64,000 nucleotides of DNA, taken from positions 1,728,001 to 1,792,000 of the forward strand of contig OZ244905.1 of the NCBI GenBank assembly GCA_965221695.1, written 5' to 3'. The translations under genes and the position numbers were made by a program. This DNA comes from Gammaproteobacteria bacterium (lineage in GTDB: Bacteria > Pseudomonadota > Gammaproteobacteria > Eutrophobiales > Eutrophobiaceae). Of this stretch, positions 49,856 to 60,295 are shown piece by piece (position 1 is the first letter of the stretch; each line of letters opens with the position of its first letter). Under the pieces are notes generated by a model. It saw only the letters and a program-made list of their open reading frames with translations, made no database searches and was not told the origin of the DNA.

Positions 49856-52054
49856 ATGAGCAAACTGATACGATTCGCCGTCGCAGTATTGGCGGCGCTG
49901 GTGAGTGTAACGGGGTTTACGCAAGGAACCGGCATGTTGGAAGAAGTCGTTGTTACCGCGCAAAAACGCGAACAGTCACTGCAGGATGTACCGATTTCAA
50001 TCACGGTATTTGGCGAGGAAAACATCAACAGGCGCCAGGTGGACATGATAGGCGAGCTAGCCAATATCGTTCCCAGTTTTGAGTTCGCGCGCCCTCCCAG
50101 TGACAGCCCCGGTGTGACTTTTCGCGGCATTGGCACCCAGGCAGGAAACGTCGCTTTCGACAATTCCATTGGCATGTTCATCGACGGCGCATTCCTGGGT
50201 AACGTTCGCCTGTACGGGCACACCTTGTTTGACGTCCAACGGGTGGAGCTGATAAAGGGCACACAGAGCACCCTGCTCGGGAAAAACACCACGCTGGGAG
50301 GTATCTCGGTCGTCAACAATTCTCCGGAGCAGGAGTTCGGCGGAGACATCGAATTCGGGCTCGAAGCCCAGAATGGTGGATGGTTCGGTTCAGGTGTGGT
50401 AAATCTGCCGGTGGACGATACACTGGCTTTGCGCATCGCCGGCACATGGTCCGATCTGAATGGTTGGGTGCATAACGTCAGCACCGGAAAAGATGTGCCG
50501 GAAGACCGGGATGCCGGGATTCGTACTTCCCTGCTATGGGAACCAGCGGGTGGGTTCAATGCACTGATCAGTCACCAGTACACCGATAACCGGCGTGTTG
50601 GTCTGCCGACCCAGATCACCGGTCCCGGTCTGTCTGCGCTTGGTCTCGGCGAAGGCCCGGACCTGGGCGAATCCGATTTCGACGACACCAAGGCATCCTG
50701 GAGTTCGGACCCGCGTCTGGTAGATGGTGACGACCTTACTCACCTCAAGGCTCATATAGCCACCGGAACGCTGAATTACGAGTTCGACAATGCCACCGTG
50801 ACTTCGATTACGTCGTATGCAACCTCCGATCACAAGAACTATTCGGACTTCGATTTCGACAACAAGGACGCGAGCCTGTTTATCCGTACCGAGGACTACT
50901 GGCAGGTCATGCAGGAATTACGCCTGGCTTCCAGTGGGGGTGAACGCCTGAATTACCTGGCCGGGGTGTTTTTCTTCCACAGCGATTGGGACATGTTGTG
51001 GGATAGTGTATTCGGCATCCCGGACTTCCCGCCGCCGCCGGCTCCTATCAGCGGCCAGATTTTCAACGGTTCCTATACCAACACATTCGCCCAGGAAACC
51101 ACCGCTTACTCGGTGTTCGGTCAGGCAAACTACAGCTTGACTGATCAATTTCGGGTCAACCTGGGCTTGCGCTTTACCCACGAAAAGAAAAAAGTGCATT
51201 TTGGACGCACCAACCGGGCGCCATTCACCCTGTGGAATTCGGTGATACAAGCGCCGTTCCCCTACCAGAGACTCGATAATGTCACCGATGACCTGGTGAG
51301 CGGCAGTGTCTCATTGCAGTATGATCTGACTCCGGACGTGATGGTCTACGCATCTTTTGCTCGCGGCGGCAAGTCCGGCGGCTATGGCGAGTTCAATTCC
51401 ATCGCGCTGGATCCCGCGCTGGGTACGGGCAACCCGCAGCGGGACGCGTTTGTGGATGATGAACGCGCCAACAGCTATGAAGTCGGCATGAAGTCGAGCC
51501 TGCTGAACGGCCGCGTACAGCTTGATGTGGCGGTGTTTCACATCGATGTTTTCGGTCTGCAGCAACTGCTGTTCACCGGCGAGTTCATCTCCAGCAACGA
51601 CCGGGCACGTTCGACCGGCATTGACGGCTTGTTAATCTGGCAGGTGACCGATAACCTCAGGATAAGCGCAGCAGGCGCCTATGCTGACGCCGAAGACAAG
51701 GGCAGAAATGAGCGCCTGGCGCAATCGCCCCGCGTATCAGTGGCATTTAACGCTGACTGGGAACAGCGCATGTTTGCAGACTGGTCCGTAGCCATCGGCG
51801 GCACCCTAAAGCATCGCTCATCCAAGTTCAACCAACTCAGTGAAGGACTGTACGACAATGCTTTTACTTCGTTGGCCCTGAGCGCGCGCCTCAGCAGCGA
51901 TTCATCGCCCTGGTTTGCGAATATCGTGGCAGAGAATGTGACCAACACGATCGGCGCAGATTTTGGGTTCCCGGGACCGGACCCGTTCGTGGATACGTTC
52001 GAGACCAACACCCCATTGCGCTCGATCAAAATCTCCGTGGGAACGAGTTTTTGA
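49856..52054 (+). CDS. TonB-dependent receptor
   Basis: Signal peptide, LEEVVVTAQKREQSLQDVP, ELIKG.Q.TLLGKN, C-terminal Phe. Confidence 0.93.
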   Translation: MSKLIRFAVAVLAALVSVTGFTQGTGMLEEVVVTAQKREQSLQDVPISITVFGEENINRRQVDMIGELANIVPSFEFARPPSDSPGVTFRGIGTQAGNVAFDNSIGMFIDGAFLGNVRLYGHTLFDVQRVELIKGTQSTLLGKNTTLGGISVVNNSPEQEFGGDIEFGLEAQNGGWFGSGVVNLPVDDTLALRIAGTWSDLNGWVHNVSTGKDVPEDRDAGIRTSLLWEPAGGFNALISHQYTDNRRVGLPTQITGPGLSALGLGEGPDLGESDFDDTKASWSSDPRLVDGDDLTHLKAHIATGTLNYEFDNATVTSITSYATSDHKNYSDFDFDNKDASLFIRTEDYWQVMQELRLASSGGERLNYLAGVFFFHSDWDMLWDSVFGIPDFPPPPAPISGQIFNGSYTNTFAQETTAYSVFGQANYSLTDQFRVNLGLRFTHEKKKVHFGRTNRAPFTLWNSVIQAPFPYQRLDNVTDDLVSGSVSLQYDLTPDVMVYASFARGGKSGGYGEFNSIALDPALGTGNPQRDAFVDDERANSYEVGMKSSLLNGRVQLDVAVFHIDVFGLQQLLFTGEFISSNDRARSTGIDGLLIWQVTDNLRISAAGAYADAEDKGRNERLAQSPRVSVAFNADWEQRMFADWSVAIGGTLKHRSSKFNQLSEGLYDNAFTSLALSARLSSDSSPWFANIVAENVTNTIGADFGFPGPDPFVDTFETNTPLRSIKISVGTSF

Positions 52055-52060
52055 CATCTA

Positions 52061-52276
52061 TCACGTATCATTATGTTGAAAATAATACGTCGCAATACTG
52101 CCAATTACTATGCCTCCGATTCCTAAAGTCAGTACGGTTTTAGCAAAGTCGTAGTTACCGTTGATGTAGGAGTCATAGATAAGCCAAAGCAGAAAAGCGC
52201 TTGTCAGCAAATAGCGCGTCCCGGCGAACATCATCCGTGATTGTTGCGGCTGCTTTGATAGCGTCGCGAAGTTCAT
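52061..52276 (-). CDS. Small hypothetical protein with two transmembrane segments
   Basis: 71-aa ORF with two hydrophobic helices. Confidence 0.45.
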   Translation of the reverse strand: MNFATLSKQPQQSRMMFAGTRYLLTSAFLLWLIYDSYINGNYDFAKTVLTLGIGGIVIGSIATYYFQHNDT

Positions 52277-52644
52277 TTTTCACACTTGTTTCCAATCAAG
52301 CCCGTAAATCTAACCAATTCGCTTGTGTTGATCCAACTTGTCTTCGACAACACGTCAAGTCATCCCCCACCGATAAGTCAGAGGTCCTAAGATACAGTGA
52401 CTTTTAGCGTCCTGCCAAATCCGATTGAATATTATCCGCAGGTATCGCAGATGAAATGACTGTTTATTATTCTTGCAAGTTTAATATCCAATGTTAAATT
52501 TGCATGAATAATATCCGGCGCCACTAGGCGTCAACAATTAAACAAGCAATAAAATTTTTTCCGGTAGTTTGTATTTTTCTTCTGTGCGGCGCTCGGATAT
52601 ACTTTGCAAATCAATTCTGAAAAATATATATAACGGAGCACAGT

Positions 52645-53652
52645 ATGAAGGCAATCGTATTGGAAGAACTCGGCGGTCCGGATAACCTGCAGGTCAAAGA
52701 GGTGGATACGCCTGAGCCGGGGCCGGGAGAGGTGCGTGTCAGGTTGCACAATTCTGCCCTGAACCGGCGCGACTACTGGATCACTATCGGCAGGTATCCG
52801 CGCACCAGTCTGCCCTGTATTGCCGGGTCGGACGGCGCGGGTGAGATTGATGCCGTGGGTGAAGGCGTGGACAGCAGCATGATCGGTCGGGAAGTGGTGG
52901 TGTATCCCGCCCGTGCCTGGGGCGACAGGCAGGACGCGCCGGGGGCGGAATTCCGCGTGCTGGGCATGCCGGACCAGGGTACGTTTGCCGAATATATCTG
53001 CTGTCCGGCTACCGATGCCTATGACAAACCCGCGCATCTGAACTGGGAGCAGGCAGCGGCTGTTCCCCTGGCCGGCCTGACTGCCTGGCGGGCCGTGGTG
53101 ACCCAGGCAGGAGTGCAGTCCGGACAGACCGTGTTGGTAACCGGCGCCGGCAGCGGTGTTTCCACGTTTGCCATCCAGTGGGCCGCCGCGGTCGGCGCCA
53201 AGGTGTACGTCACCAGCGGGTCGGAGGAAAAAATTGAGAAAGCCAAAACCATTGGTGCGGTCGGCGGTGTCAGCTACAGGCAGGAGGATTACCATAAAAT
53301 CCTGAAGAAGCAGGCAGGAGGATTTAACGCGATCATAGACAGCGCCGGCGGGGATGACATGAACAAGGCACTGAGTACGTTAAAACCCGCCGGACGCTTC
53401 GTGTTCTTCGGCGCCACCCTGGGCGTTCCCTCCACCGGGTTGGAACTGCCGAGACTGTTTTTCGGTCAGGTACGTATCCAGGGGACCACAATGGGCTCCA
53501 ATGCGGAATTCAAATCCATGCTGGAGTTCGTTAGTGAAAACAAGATCGAACCCGTGATAGATCGGGTGTTGCCGATGAGTGAAGCGATCGCTGCGCACAA
53601 GTTGCTGGAATCGTTCGGCCAGATGGGCAAGGTCGTCCTGAGTAACAAGTAA
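52645..53652 (+). CDS. MDR-family NAD(P)-dependent oxidoreductase (quinone reductase-like)
   Basis: ALNRRD, GSDGAG, VLVTGAGSGV, GKVVL. Confidence 0.88.
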   Translation: MKAIVLEELGGPDNLQVKEVDTPEPGPGEVRVRLHNSALNRRDYWITIGRYPRTSLPCIAGSDGAGEIDAVGEGVDSSMIGREVVVYPARAWGDRQDAPGAEFRVLGMPDQGTFAEYICCPATDAYDKPAHLNWEQAAAVPLAGLTAWRAVVTQAGVQSGQTVLVTGAGSGVSTFAIQWAAAVGAKVYVTSGSEEKIEKAKTIGAVGGVSYRQEDYHKILKKQAGGFNAIIDSAGGDDMNKALSTLKPAGRFVFFGATLGVPSTGLELPRLFFGQVRIQGTTMGSNAEFKSMLEFVSENKIEPVIDRVLPMSEAIAAHKLLESFGQMGKVVLSNK

Positions 53653-54866
53653 TGACACAGGTGAAGCAAGCGATTATCTACGACGGAGTCCGTTCCCCCT
53701 TCGGCCGTTATGGCGGAGGATTATCGGGAATGCGCCCAGATGACCTGGCCGCGGCCGTTATCAAGGCGTTGCTTGACAGGAGCGGCATTGAGAGCAGCCT
53801 GGTGGAAGACGTAATCCTGGGCAATACCAATCAGGCGGGCGAGGACTGTCGCAATGTCGCGCGTAATGCCGCGTTGCTGGCCGGTATGGATACCTCGGTG
53901 GGCGGGCTCACCGTCAACCGTTTGTGCGGTAGCGGCGCCGCGGCGACCCTGGATGCGGCGCGGGCGATCAGTTGTTCCCAGGGACAGTTATTCATCGCCG
54001 GCGGTGTAGAGAGCATGAGCCGCGCTCCCTGGGTGCTGAACAAGGCGGAAACCGGCTTTGATCGCAACCAGAAGATGTACGACACGGTGATTGGCTGGCG
54101 CTTTCCCAACAAGACGCTTCTAAAGCAATATGGAGACGACACCATGCCACAGACTGCGGATAACCTGGCCAAAGACCTCGCCATCAGCCGGGAGGACAGC
54201 GACGCGTTCGCGTTTGCCTCCCAGCAGAAATACGAGACCGCAAAAAACGCCGGGTTCTATCTGGAAGAGCTGCTCGAAATAGAGGTTCCGGCCAAACGGC
54301 GCAAGGACCCGCCACTAAAGGTTATGGCCGATGAGCACCCAAGACCCGGAACCACGTTGGAAAAACTGGCTGGCCTGTCCCCATTGTTTGAGGATGGCGT
54401 GGTTACCGCCGGTAATGCCTCCGGCATCAACGACGGCGCGGCAGCGCTGTTGTTGGGGAACGAGGATATAGGTAATAAACTGGGCCTTGCGCCGCGGGGA
54501 CGCATCCTCGCCGGGGCGGTCGCCGGCGTTGAACCACGGGTGATGGGAATGGGGCCAGTCCCGGCGTCACAAAAAGCCCTGCAACGCGCCGGTCTGTCAT
54601 TATCCGATATGGCCGTGATTGAGATCAACGAAGCCTTTGCTACCCAGGTTCTCGGTTGCCTGAAACAACTGCAAGTCGATTTTCAGGATGAGCGGGTCAA
54701 CCCGAACGGCGGCGCCATCAGCATCGGGCATCCGCTGGGCGCATCCGGGGCGCGCTTGATCCTCACGGCATTGAGGCAACTGGAACAGATACAGGGCCGC
54801 TACGCACTGGTGAGCATGTGCATCGGTATCGGCCAGGGCATAGCCGTTGTGATCGAAAGGGTCTGA
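53652..54866 (+). CDS. pcaF: 3-oxoadipyl-CoA thiolase-like acetyl-CoA C-acyltransferase (PcaF/PaaJ type)
   Basis: NQAGED.RNVAR, NRLCGSG, IGWRF.N, NEAF, GHPLGASG, CIGIGQG. Confidence 0.85.
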   Translation: MTQVKQAIIYDGVRSPFGRYGGGLSGMRPDDLAAAVIKALLDRSGIESSLVEDVILGNTNQAGEDCRNVARNAALLAGMDTSVGGLTVNRLCGSGAAATLDAARAISCSQGQLFIAGGVESMSRAPWVLNKAETGFDRNQKMYDTVIGWRFPNKTLLKQYGDDTMPQTADNLAKDLAISREDSDAFAFASQQKYETAKNAGFYLEELLEIEVPAKRRKDPPLKVMADEHPRPGTTLEKLAGLSPLFEDGVVTAGNASGINDGAAALLLGNEDIGNKLGLAPRGRILAGAVAGVEPRVMGMGPVPASQKALQRAGLSLSDMAVIEINEAFATQVLGCLKQLQVDFQDERVNPNGGAISIGHPLGASGARLILTALRQLEQIQGRYALVSMCIGIGQGIAVVIERV

Positions 54867-54909
54867 CAATTCGGGTTTGTCCGCTTCTGTCTGATCCGGA
54901 TATGGCCGC

Positions 54910-56190
54910 ATGAGGATCCTGGCTGTCGGCGATATACACCTGGGACGCACGCCATCCCGGTTACCGGAAGAACTATCAGCTCGGGCGCGCGAATTGGGTC
55001 CGGTCGGCGCTTGGAAACGCGCAGTAGACGTTGCGATTGATACCGGCGTCAAAGCCGTTTTGTTAGCCGGCGATGTGGTCGAACGGGAAAACGATTTCTT
55101 CGAGGCCTACCGGGAACTGGAGCAGGGTGTCCGGCGACTTACCGAAGCCGGCATTGATGTCATCGGCGTCGCCGGCAACCACGACGTGAAAGCGCTGCCC
55201 CGTCTGGCAAAACACATTCCTGAATTTCGACTCCTGGGCGCCGGGGGGCACTGGGAGTACTGCCGGATCGGCGATAATGCGAATTCGCTCACCCTCTGGG
55301 GATGGTCGTTCCCCCGAAAGGAAGTCCGAACAAGTCCTTTATCCGATCAATCCTTCGCGCGTCAGAGCGGCATTAACCTGGGATTGTTACACTGCGACCG
55401 GGACTCTGTAGACAGTCCTTACGCCCCGGTCAGCAGCCGGGAGTTGCAGCAATCGGGGCTCGACGGCTGGCTGCTGGGACATATCCACAAGCCAGATGGC
55501 TTGTCTGTGGGGTCACTGAGCGGGTATCTCGGCAGCCTCACCGGACTCGATCGCAGCGAAACCGGCTCCCATGGACCCTGGCTTATCGGCATAGACCGGG
55601 GCAAGATTGAATCGGTTGAGCAACTGCCGTTGGCGCCGCTACGCTGGGAGACCGTGGAGGTTGACCTGGAAGGTATTGGCGAACCGGCAGAGGGGAATGA
55701 GCGACTCCTGATTGCCTTGCGTGAACTGGATCGTGAAATCGTAAAGATTGCCGCGGCGAGAGACCCGGTCGTCGCGCCGGATGCGGTCGGGGCGCATATC
55801 ATTTTGCGCGGGCGTACTCGCTTCGGCGCCGTCGCGTATGACCAAATTTCCGGACAGCGCGGAGAGATTGTCTACAGCCCCGACGACCGGGAGTACTTCA
55901 TCGGGCAGGTCAGCGTGAACACCCATCCTGAGATCGACCTGGAAGAACTCGCAAGGCAACTTACCCCGCCGGGATTACTGGCAAGACGCCTGCTCTTGCT
56001 GGATGAGCCGGAAGGCCATCCCGAACGGGACGACCTGGTGGCCAAGGCTCGCCGGCGTTTGCGTGAACAGGGGCAAAAACCTCTCTGGAATGGCCTGGAT
56101 ACCGATGACCCTGACCCGGTCGCCCGCTTGCGGGAAGCCGGGTTACGCGCCCTGGATCAATTACTGGCGCAAGCTGCCGATAAGAGTTAA
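54910..56190 (+). CDS. SbcD/Mre11-like metallophosphoesterase nuclease (YhaO-like)
   Basis: GDIHLG, AGDVVE, GNHD, LLH and LGHIH motifs. Confidence 0.88.
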   Translation: MRILAVGDIHLGRTPSRLPEELSARARELGPVGAWKRAVDVAIDTGVKAVLLAGDVVERENDFFEAYRELEQGVRRLTEAGIDVIGVAGNHDVKALPRLAKHIPEFRLLGAGGHWEYCRIGDNANSLTLWGWSFPRKEVRTSPLSDQSFARQSGINLGLLHCDRDSVDSPYAPVSSRELQQSGLDGWLLGHIHKPDGLSVGSLSGYLGSLTGLDRSETGSHGPWLIGIDRGKIESVEQLPLAPLRWETVEVDLEGIGEPAEGNERLLIALRELDREIVKIAAARDPVVAPDAVGAHIILRGRTRFGAVAYDQISGQRGEIVYSPDDREYFIGQVSVNTHPEIDLEELARQLTPPGLLARRLLLLDEPEGHPERDDLVAKARRRLREQGQKPLWNGLDTDDPDPVARLREAGLRALDQLLAQAADKS

Positions 56191-59100
56191 TGCGACTCAA
56201 GCGTTTACACATCCGAACGCTACCCGGCATCGAACCCGGCTTTACGTTCGAGCCGCCCGACGCCGGTATCAATATCGTGACCGGTCCCAACGCTATCGGC
56301 AAAAGCAGCCTGGCGCGCGCCTTGGGTTATCTCCTGCACACTCAGAAAAACGACCCGGTAGCGCTTTCTCTGGAGGCTGAGTTCGAGGGTGACGAGACTG
56401 CTTGGCGCGTAGTACGCAACGGCAGCCAGATCATCTGGCATCGGGACGGCAGATCCACATCGCCGCCGGCGTTGCCCGGCGCCGGCCAGACTGGGCTGTA
56501 TCGCCTGTCAATGGAAAGCCTGCTGGACAGCGATGACCAGGATCGCGATCTTGCCCGGGAGTTGCGTAACAGCTTGCGCGGCGGTTTTGATCTTGATGCG
56601 CTGCGTACCGAATTGGGCGCTCGCTTTGCGCAAAACGATCAAAAGAACCTGCGCAACGCAGAGAAGGCGTTGCGACAGGCGGAAGCGGAATATGACGCAT
56701 TGGAGCGGCAGGAACGGGAGGAACTGCCCCGTCTTGAGCGTGAGCTCAAGGCCGCGCAGGAAGCGCAGGAAAGATTGAAGCGCCTGCAACATGGACTGGA
56801 CCTGCACAAAGCTATTCAGGCAAAAAAGTCCTGCGAGGAGCAACTTAATGCATATCCACCCGACATGGATCGGCTGCGCGGCGGTGAACGGGATGACCTG
56901 GCGAAGCTGGAACAAAGAGAGAAATCATTACTGGAAAAGCTCAGGGATCAACAGCGCCAGCTGCGCGCGGCCGAAGCGGTGTTGGAACAGACCGGACTTC
57001 AAGATTCAGGCCCCGCTCCGGAGGACATGGACGCGATGGAATCGCGTCTACAATCGCTTGGACAAAAACTGGCGCGACGAAATAATGCACGGGTTGCGCG
57101 AGAGCAGGCTGCTGCCGGTCTGAAACAAGCGCTGGAACCGTTCAATAACGATGGTAAACCGCCCAGGCTGGATGAGGAGGACATCAAACAGGCAGAGGAG
57201 ATCGCAGTACCGCTGATTAAGGAACAATATAAACGGGAAGCGCTGCAACTGAAACTTGACCAGGCCGGTCAACCTCCCGATGAAACCGAAATCAACAAGT
57301 TGTACGAAGCCGGCAGCGCCCTGCGCGAGTGGCTGGCGGCTTCGGCAGGGGAGTCGCAAGTTCAACCGGAATCACCCAATCGTTGGTTGCGAAGCGCATT
57401 TTGGGTTGCCCTGACGGCCAGCGGCCTTGCCGCTGTGCTGGCGTTGGTAGAACAGGCATGGTTAACCTTTTCAGCGCTGATAGTCGCACTGGTAGCTTTG
57501 AGCATAGCGTTATGGGGACTGATGCAACGACAGCGTCCCGTGGCCGGGTCAACTGCCGGCAACGCAAAACAGCGCTTCATCCGAACTGGCTTGAACGAGC
57601 CGCCGGAGTGGACTGCCGCCATAGTAGAAGAATACCAGCGCGCGGAAATCGACAAACGCCACAGTGCCCTGGCGCTGCAAAGGGAACATGCGGCGCAGGC
57701 TGGGAGCCTTTGTGCTGAACTCAAAAAGGTTGAGTCAGACATCACAAGGTTGCACGTGTCAAAACAGGAAGCCGCCGCACGTCTTGGCTTTGACCCGGCA
57801 TTGCCGAGTATCAGCCCCGATATCTTTCTGCAATACTGCCGCCAACTGCTGGAGGCGCAAAGCCGCCACGCTCAGGCAAACGCTGAACTGGCTGAAGTGG
57901 AACGGGACATTGCTGATGACATCGGCTCGGTGCGTGACTTTCTGGCTCCTTGGGTTAGCACAGATGAGGATATCCACCGGTTACAGGCGTCATTTCGGAA
58001 CCTGAAGCGACGCTTTGATGACGCGCAAGGCGCAAGAAAAGACATTACTCACTATAAGCATGAGATTCAGTCATCAGAGGAGGCAATCAAACAAAGTCGC
58101 GCCGATATCGAAGCTGTCTTCACACAATGCAAACTTGAACCGGGCGCCCATATTGAACTTTACCAACGGCTGGAGGGCCTGGAGCAATGGAAGGAAAAAC
58201 GGAAAGATCTTTACGACGCGGAGAATGAGGAGAAACGTATACGATCCCTGCTCTTGTCTCACGCAGATATCATCAGGAATGTCGATGAAGACAAGCTCGC
58301 GGCCTTGGAGACTGAATTTGCCAAGACGGCAGAGCAGGCCGACAAGCACACGGAACTGCTGCGGCAGCAAACTGAAATCACCACACGGCTTGCAGACGCC
58401 GGCAAAGAGCATAAGCTAAGCCAGGCGCGCGCCAGCTTGGACAGCGCCAGAGCGACCTTGCAAGACAAGCGTGAGCAGGCCTGGTTGTATGAAACGACTG
58501 AACTCTTGCTCAACGATGTTGAACAGGCATTCCATAGTGAAAACGAACCGGAAATTCTCAGTCGCGCCCGTAAGCTGTTCCGGAACATCACTGCAAATGC
58601 CTTCGACCTGCAACTGGACAAGGACGACACATTCTTCGCGCGGGACCTCAAACAAGAAGCGCCACGACAGGTGAGCGAACTCTCTTCTGGCACGCGCATG
58701 CAACTGTTGCTCGCGCTGCGCATGGCCTGGCTCGAAGCGCAGGAGCAGGGCGGAGAGACTCTGCCGTTGTTCCTGGACGAAGCGCTGACCACCAGCGATG
58801 AAGAGCGTTTCGCCGAGATGGCGAAGAGCCTTGAACGGCTGGCGTACGCGCAAGAGCGGCAGATATTCTACCTGTCTGCGCGACGGCACGAGCGCGCGCT
58901 ATGGAAGCAGGCTACCGGAAATGAACTGCCAACCATTGATCTTGCCGACGTGCGCTTTCCCCGGCAGGCGCGCGCCTCGCATGAGTATGATATCTCACCA
59001 CCCTCGTCGCTGCCGTCCCCGGAGGGACAAACACCTGAGGATTATGCTTCCGCTCTTGGCGTGCCTCCCTTCAACCCGCACCTGGAGCCCGGCGCGACGC

Positions 59101-59633
59101 ACCTCTTCTACCTGTTGCGTGATAACCTGGATCTCCTGTGCCAGCTAATGGAAAACTGGCGTATCGCCAGTCTGGGCCAGCTTGAAGGCTTGCTCAACAG
59201 CGATGCGGTGTCTGCCGCGATAGCCGACAGCGAACTTCAGAGCCGGCTTCGGCACAGACTCAAGACCGTGCGCGCCTGGATCACTCTATGGCGCCGGGGC
59301 AGGGGTCGCCCCGTGAATCGTATTGCCCTGGAACAGTCAGGCATCGTATCTGAAACATTCATGGATCGCCTCTCGGACCTTGCCGAGACCGTCAACGAAG
59401 AAGGGAAGACGCTGGTGGAAGCGTTACGCGCCGGAAAGGTATCCCGTTTCCAAAGCAGCAAGATTGAAGAACTGGAGCGCTGGCTGGCTGGCGAGGGCTA
59501 CATTGAGCTGGAACCGGTTCTCTCCGCAGACGAGCGCCGGCGCCTGACGCTGCAACAGGTCATGTCCGTTCCCAACGCCGATGTGGAAGACGCCAACCGG
59601 GTCATCACCTGGCTGGAGTCGGCAAGTCCCTGA
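56190..59633 (+). CDS. SMC/Rad50-like ABC ATPase (YhaN/AAA_27 type) with a membrane hairpin and C-terminal extension
   Basis: Walker A GPNAIGKS, long coiled coil, signature LSSGT, Walker B LFLDE; translationally coupled to the nuclease gene. Confidence 0.85.
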   Translation: MRLKRLHIRTLPGIEPGFTFEPPDAGINIVTGPNAIGKSSLARALGYLLHTQKNDPVALSLEAEFEGDETAWRVVRNGSQIIWHRDGRSTSPPALPGAGQTGLYRLSMESLLDSDDQDRDLARELRNSLRGGFDLDALRTELGARFAQNDQKNLRNAEKALRQAEAEYDALERQEREELPRLERELKAAQEAQERLKRLQHGLDLHKAIQAKKSCEEQLNAYPPDMDRLRGGERDDLAKLEQREKSLLEKLRDQQRQLRAAEAVLEQTGLQDSGPAPEDMDAMESRLQSLGQKLARRNNARVAREQAAAGLKQALEPFNNDGKPPRLDEEDIKQAEEIAVPLIKEQYKREALQLKLDQAGQPPDETEINKLYEAGSALREWLAASAGESQVQPESPNRWLRSAFWVALTASGLAAVLALVEQAWLTFSALIVALVALSIALWGLMQRQRPVAGSTAGNAKQRFIRTGLNEPPEWTAAIVEEYQRAEIDKRHSALALQREHAAQAGSLCAELKKVESDITRLHVSKQEAAARLGFDPALPSISPDIFLQYCRQLLEAQSRHAQANAELAEVERDIADDIGSVRDFLAPWVSTDEDIHRLQASFRNLKRRFDDAQGARKDITHYKHEIQSSEEAIKQSRADIEAVFTQCKLEPGAHIELYQRLEGLEQWKEKRKDLYDAENEEKRIRSLLLSHADIIRNVDEDKLAALETEFAKTAEQADKHTELLRQQTEITTRLADAGKEHKLSQARASLDSARATLQDKREQAWLYETTELLLNDVEQAFHSENEPEILSRARKLFRNITANAFDLQLDKDDTFFARDLKQEAPRQVSELSSGTRMQLLLALRMAWLEAQEQGGETLPLFLDEALTTSDEERFAEMAKSLERLAYAQERQIFYLSARRHERALWKQATGNELPTIDLADVRFPRQARASHEYDISPPSSLPSPEGQTPEDYASALGVPPFNPHLEPGATHLFYLLRDNLDLLCQLMENWRIASLGQLEGLLNSDAVSAAIADSELQSRLRHRLKTVRAWITLWRRGRGRPVNRIALEQSGIVSETFMDRLSDLAETVNEEGKTLVEALRAGKVSRFQSSKIEELERWLAGEGYIELEPVLSADERRRLTLQQVMSVPNADVEDANRVITWLESASP

Positions 59634-59722
59634 ATTACAGACTCAGCGCCTCGATCAAATCATTTACGCTTTGCTGCCACCTGTGATGGTGGCGATTTTA
59701 CTTTGGCCCAACCTTTCCCGGA

Positions 59723-60295
59723 TTATGCAAAAAGAGCTCTCAGGAAGGGCATCGCTTCCACGACGATAATTAATCCAACCATCCATTTTATCACCAGCAT
59801 CTCGCTTTTGAGTTCCTCCAAGTTGGTTCTCATCTCACCTTTGAATCCCTCCATATTGGCGCCCATCTCGCCTCTGAATTCCTCCATATTGGCGTTCATC
59901 TCGCCTCTGAATTCCTCCATGTTGGTTCTCATCTCACCTCTGAATTCCTCCATGTTGGCGCTCATCTCGCCTCTAAATTCCTCCATGTTGGTTCTCATCT
60001 CGCCTCTGAATTCCTCCAAGTTGGTTCTCATCTCGCCTTTGAATTCCTTCATATTGGCTCTGATCTCACCTTTGAATTCTTCCATATTGGCGGCCATCTC
60101 GCCTCTGAATTCCTCCATATTGGCTCTCAGCGACTCCATATCTACTTTTACTGCCAGGATATCTGATTTTGTTGCGAGACTCTGGTTCATCGCGTAATTT
60201 ATCGTGGTTACTATTGCTTCGGCCTGAGTGTCATTAAGTCCTGACCTGACTATGGCTTTGACAGCCTGGTGTGTATCAAAAGTTGCAGTATCCAT
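59723..60295 (-). CDS. DUF1640/CCDC90-like membrane-anchored coiled-coil protein with 11-aa repeats
   Basis: FDTH...V......QAEAIV head, LATKSD neck, C-terminal KWMVGLII transmembrane segment. Confidence 0.8.
   Translation of the reverse strand: MDTATFDTHQAVKAIVRSGLNDTQAEAIVTTINYAMNQSLATKSDILAVKVDMESLRANMEEFRGEMAANMEEFKGEIRANMKEFKGEMRTNLEEFRGEMRTNMEEFRGEMSANMEEFRGEMRTNMEEFRGEMNANMEEFRGEMGANMEGFKGEMRTNLEELKSEMLVIKWMVGLIIVVEAMPFLRALFA
59795..60127 (-). repeat. Coding tandem repeat, about 10 x 33 bp (NMEEFRGEMxx)
   Basis: CATCTC(G/A)CCT(C/T)TGAATTCCTCCA units recur every 33 bp. Confidence 0.92.

Noticed and set aside
59795-60127. 33-bp periodic repeats as a CRISPR array
   Set aside because: Units are contiguous without unique spacers, lie in frame in a protein gene, and no cas genes are present.
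59703-60197. Repetitive plus-strand ORF (ISPLNSS repeats)
   Set aside because: Antisense shadow of the DUF1640-like gene.
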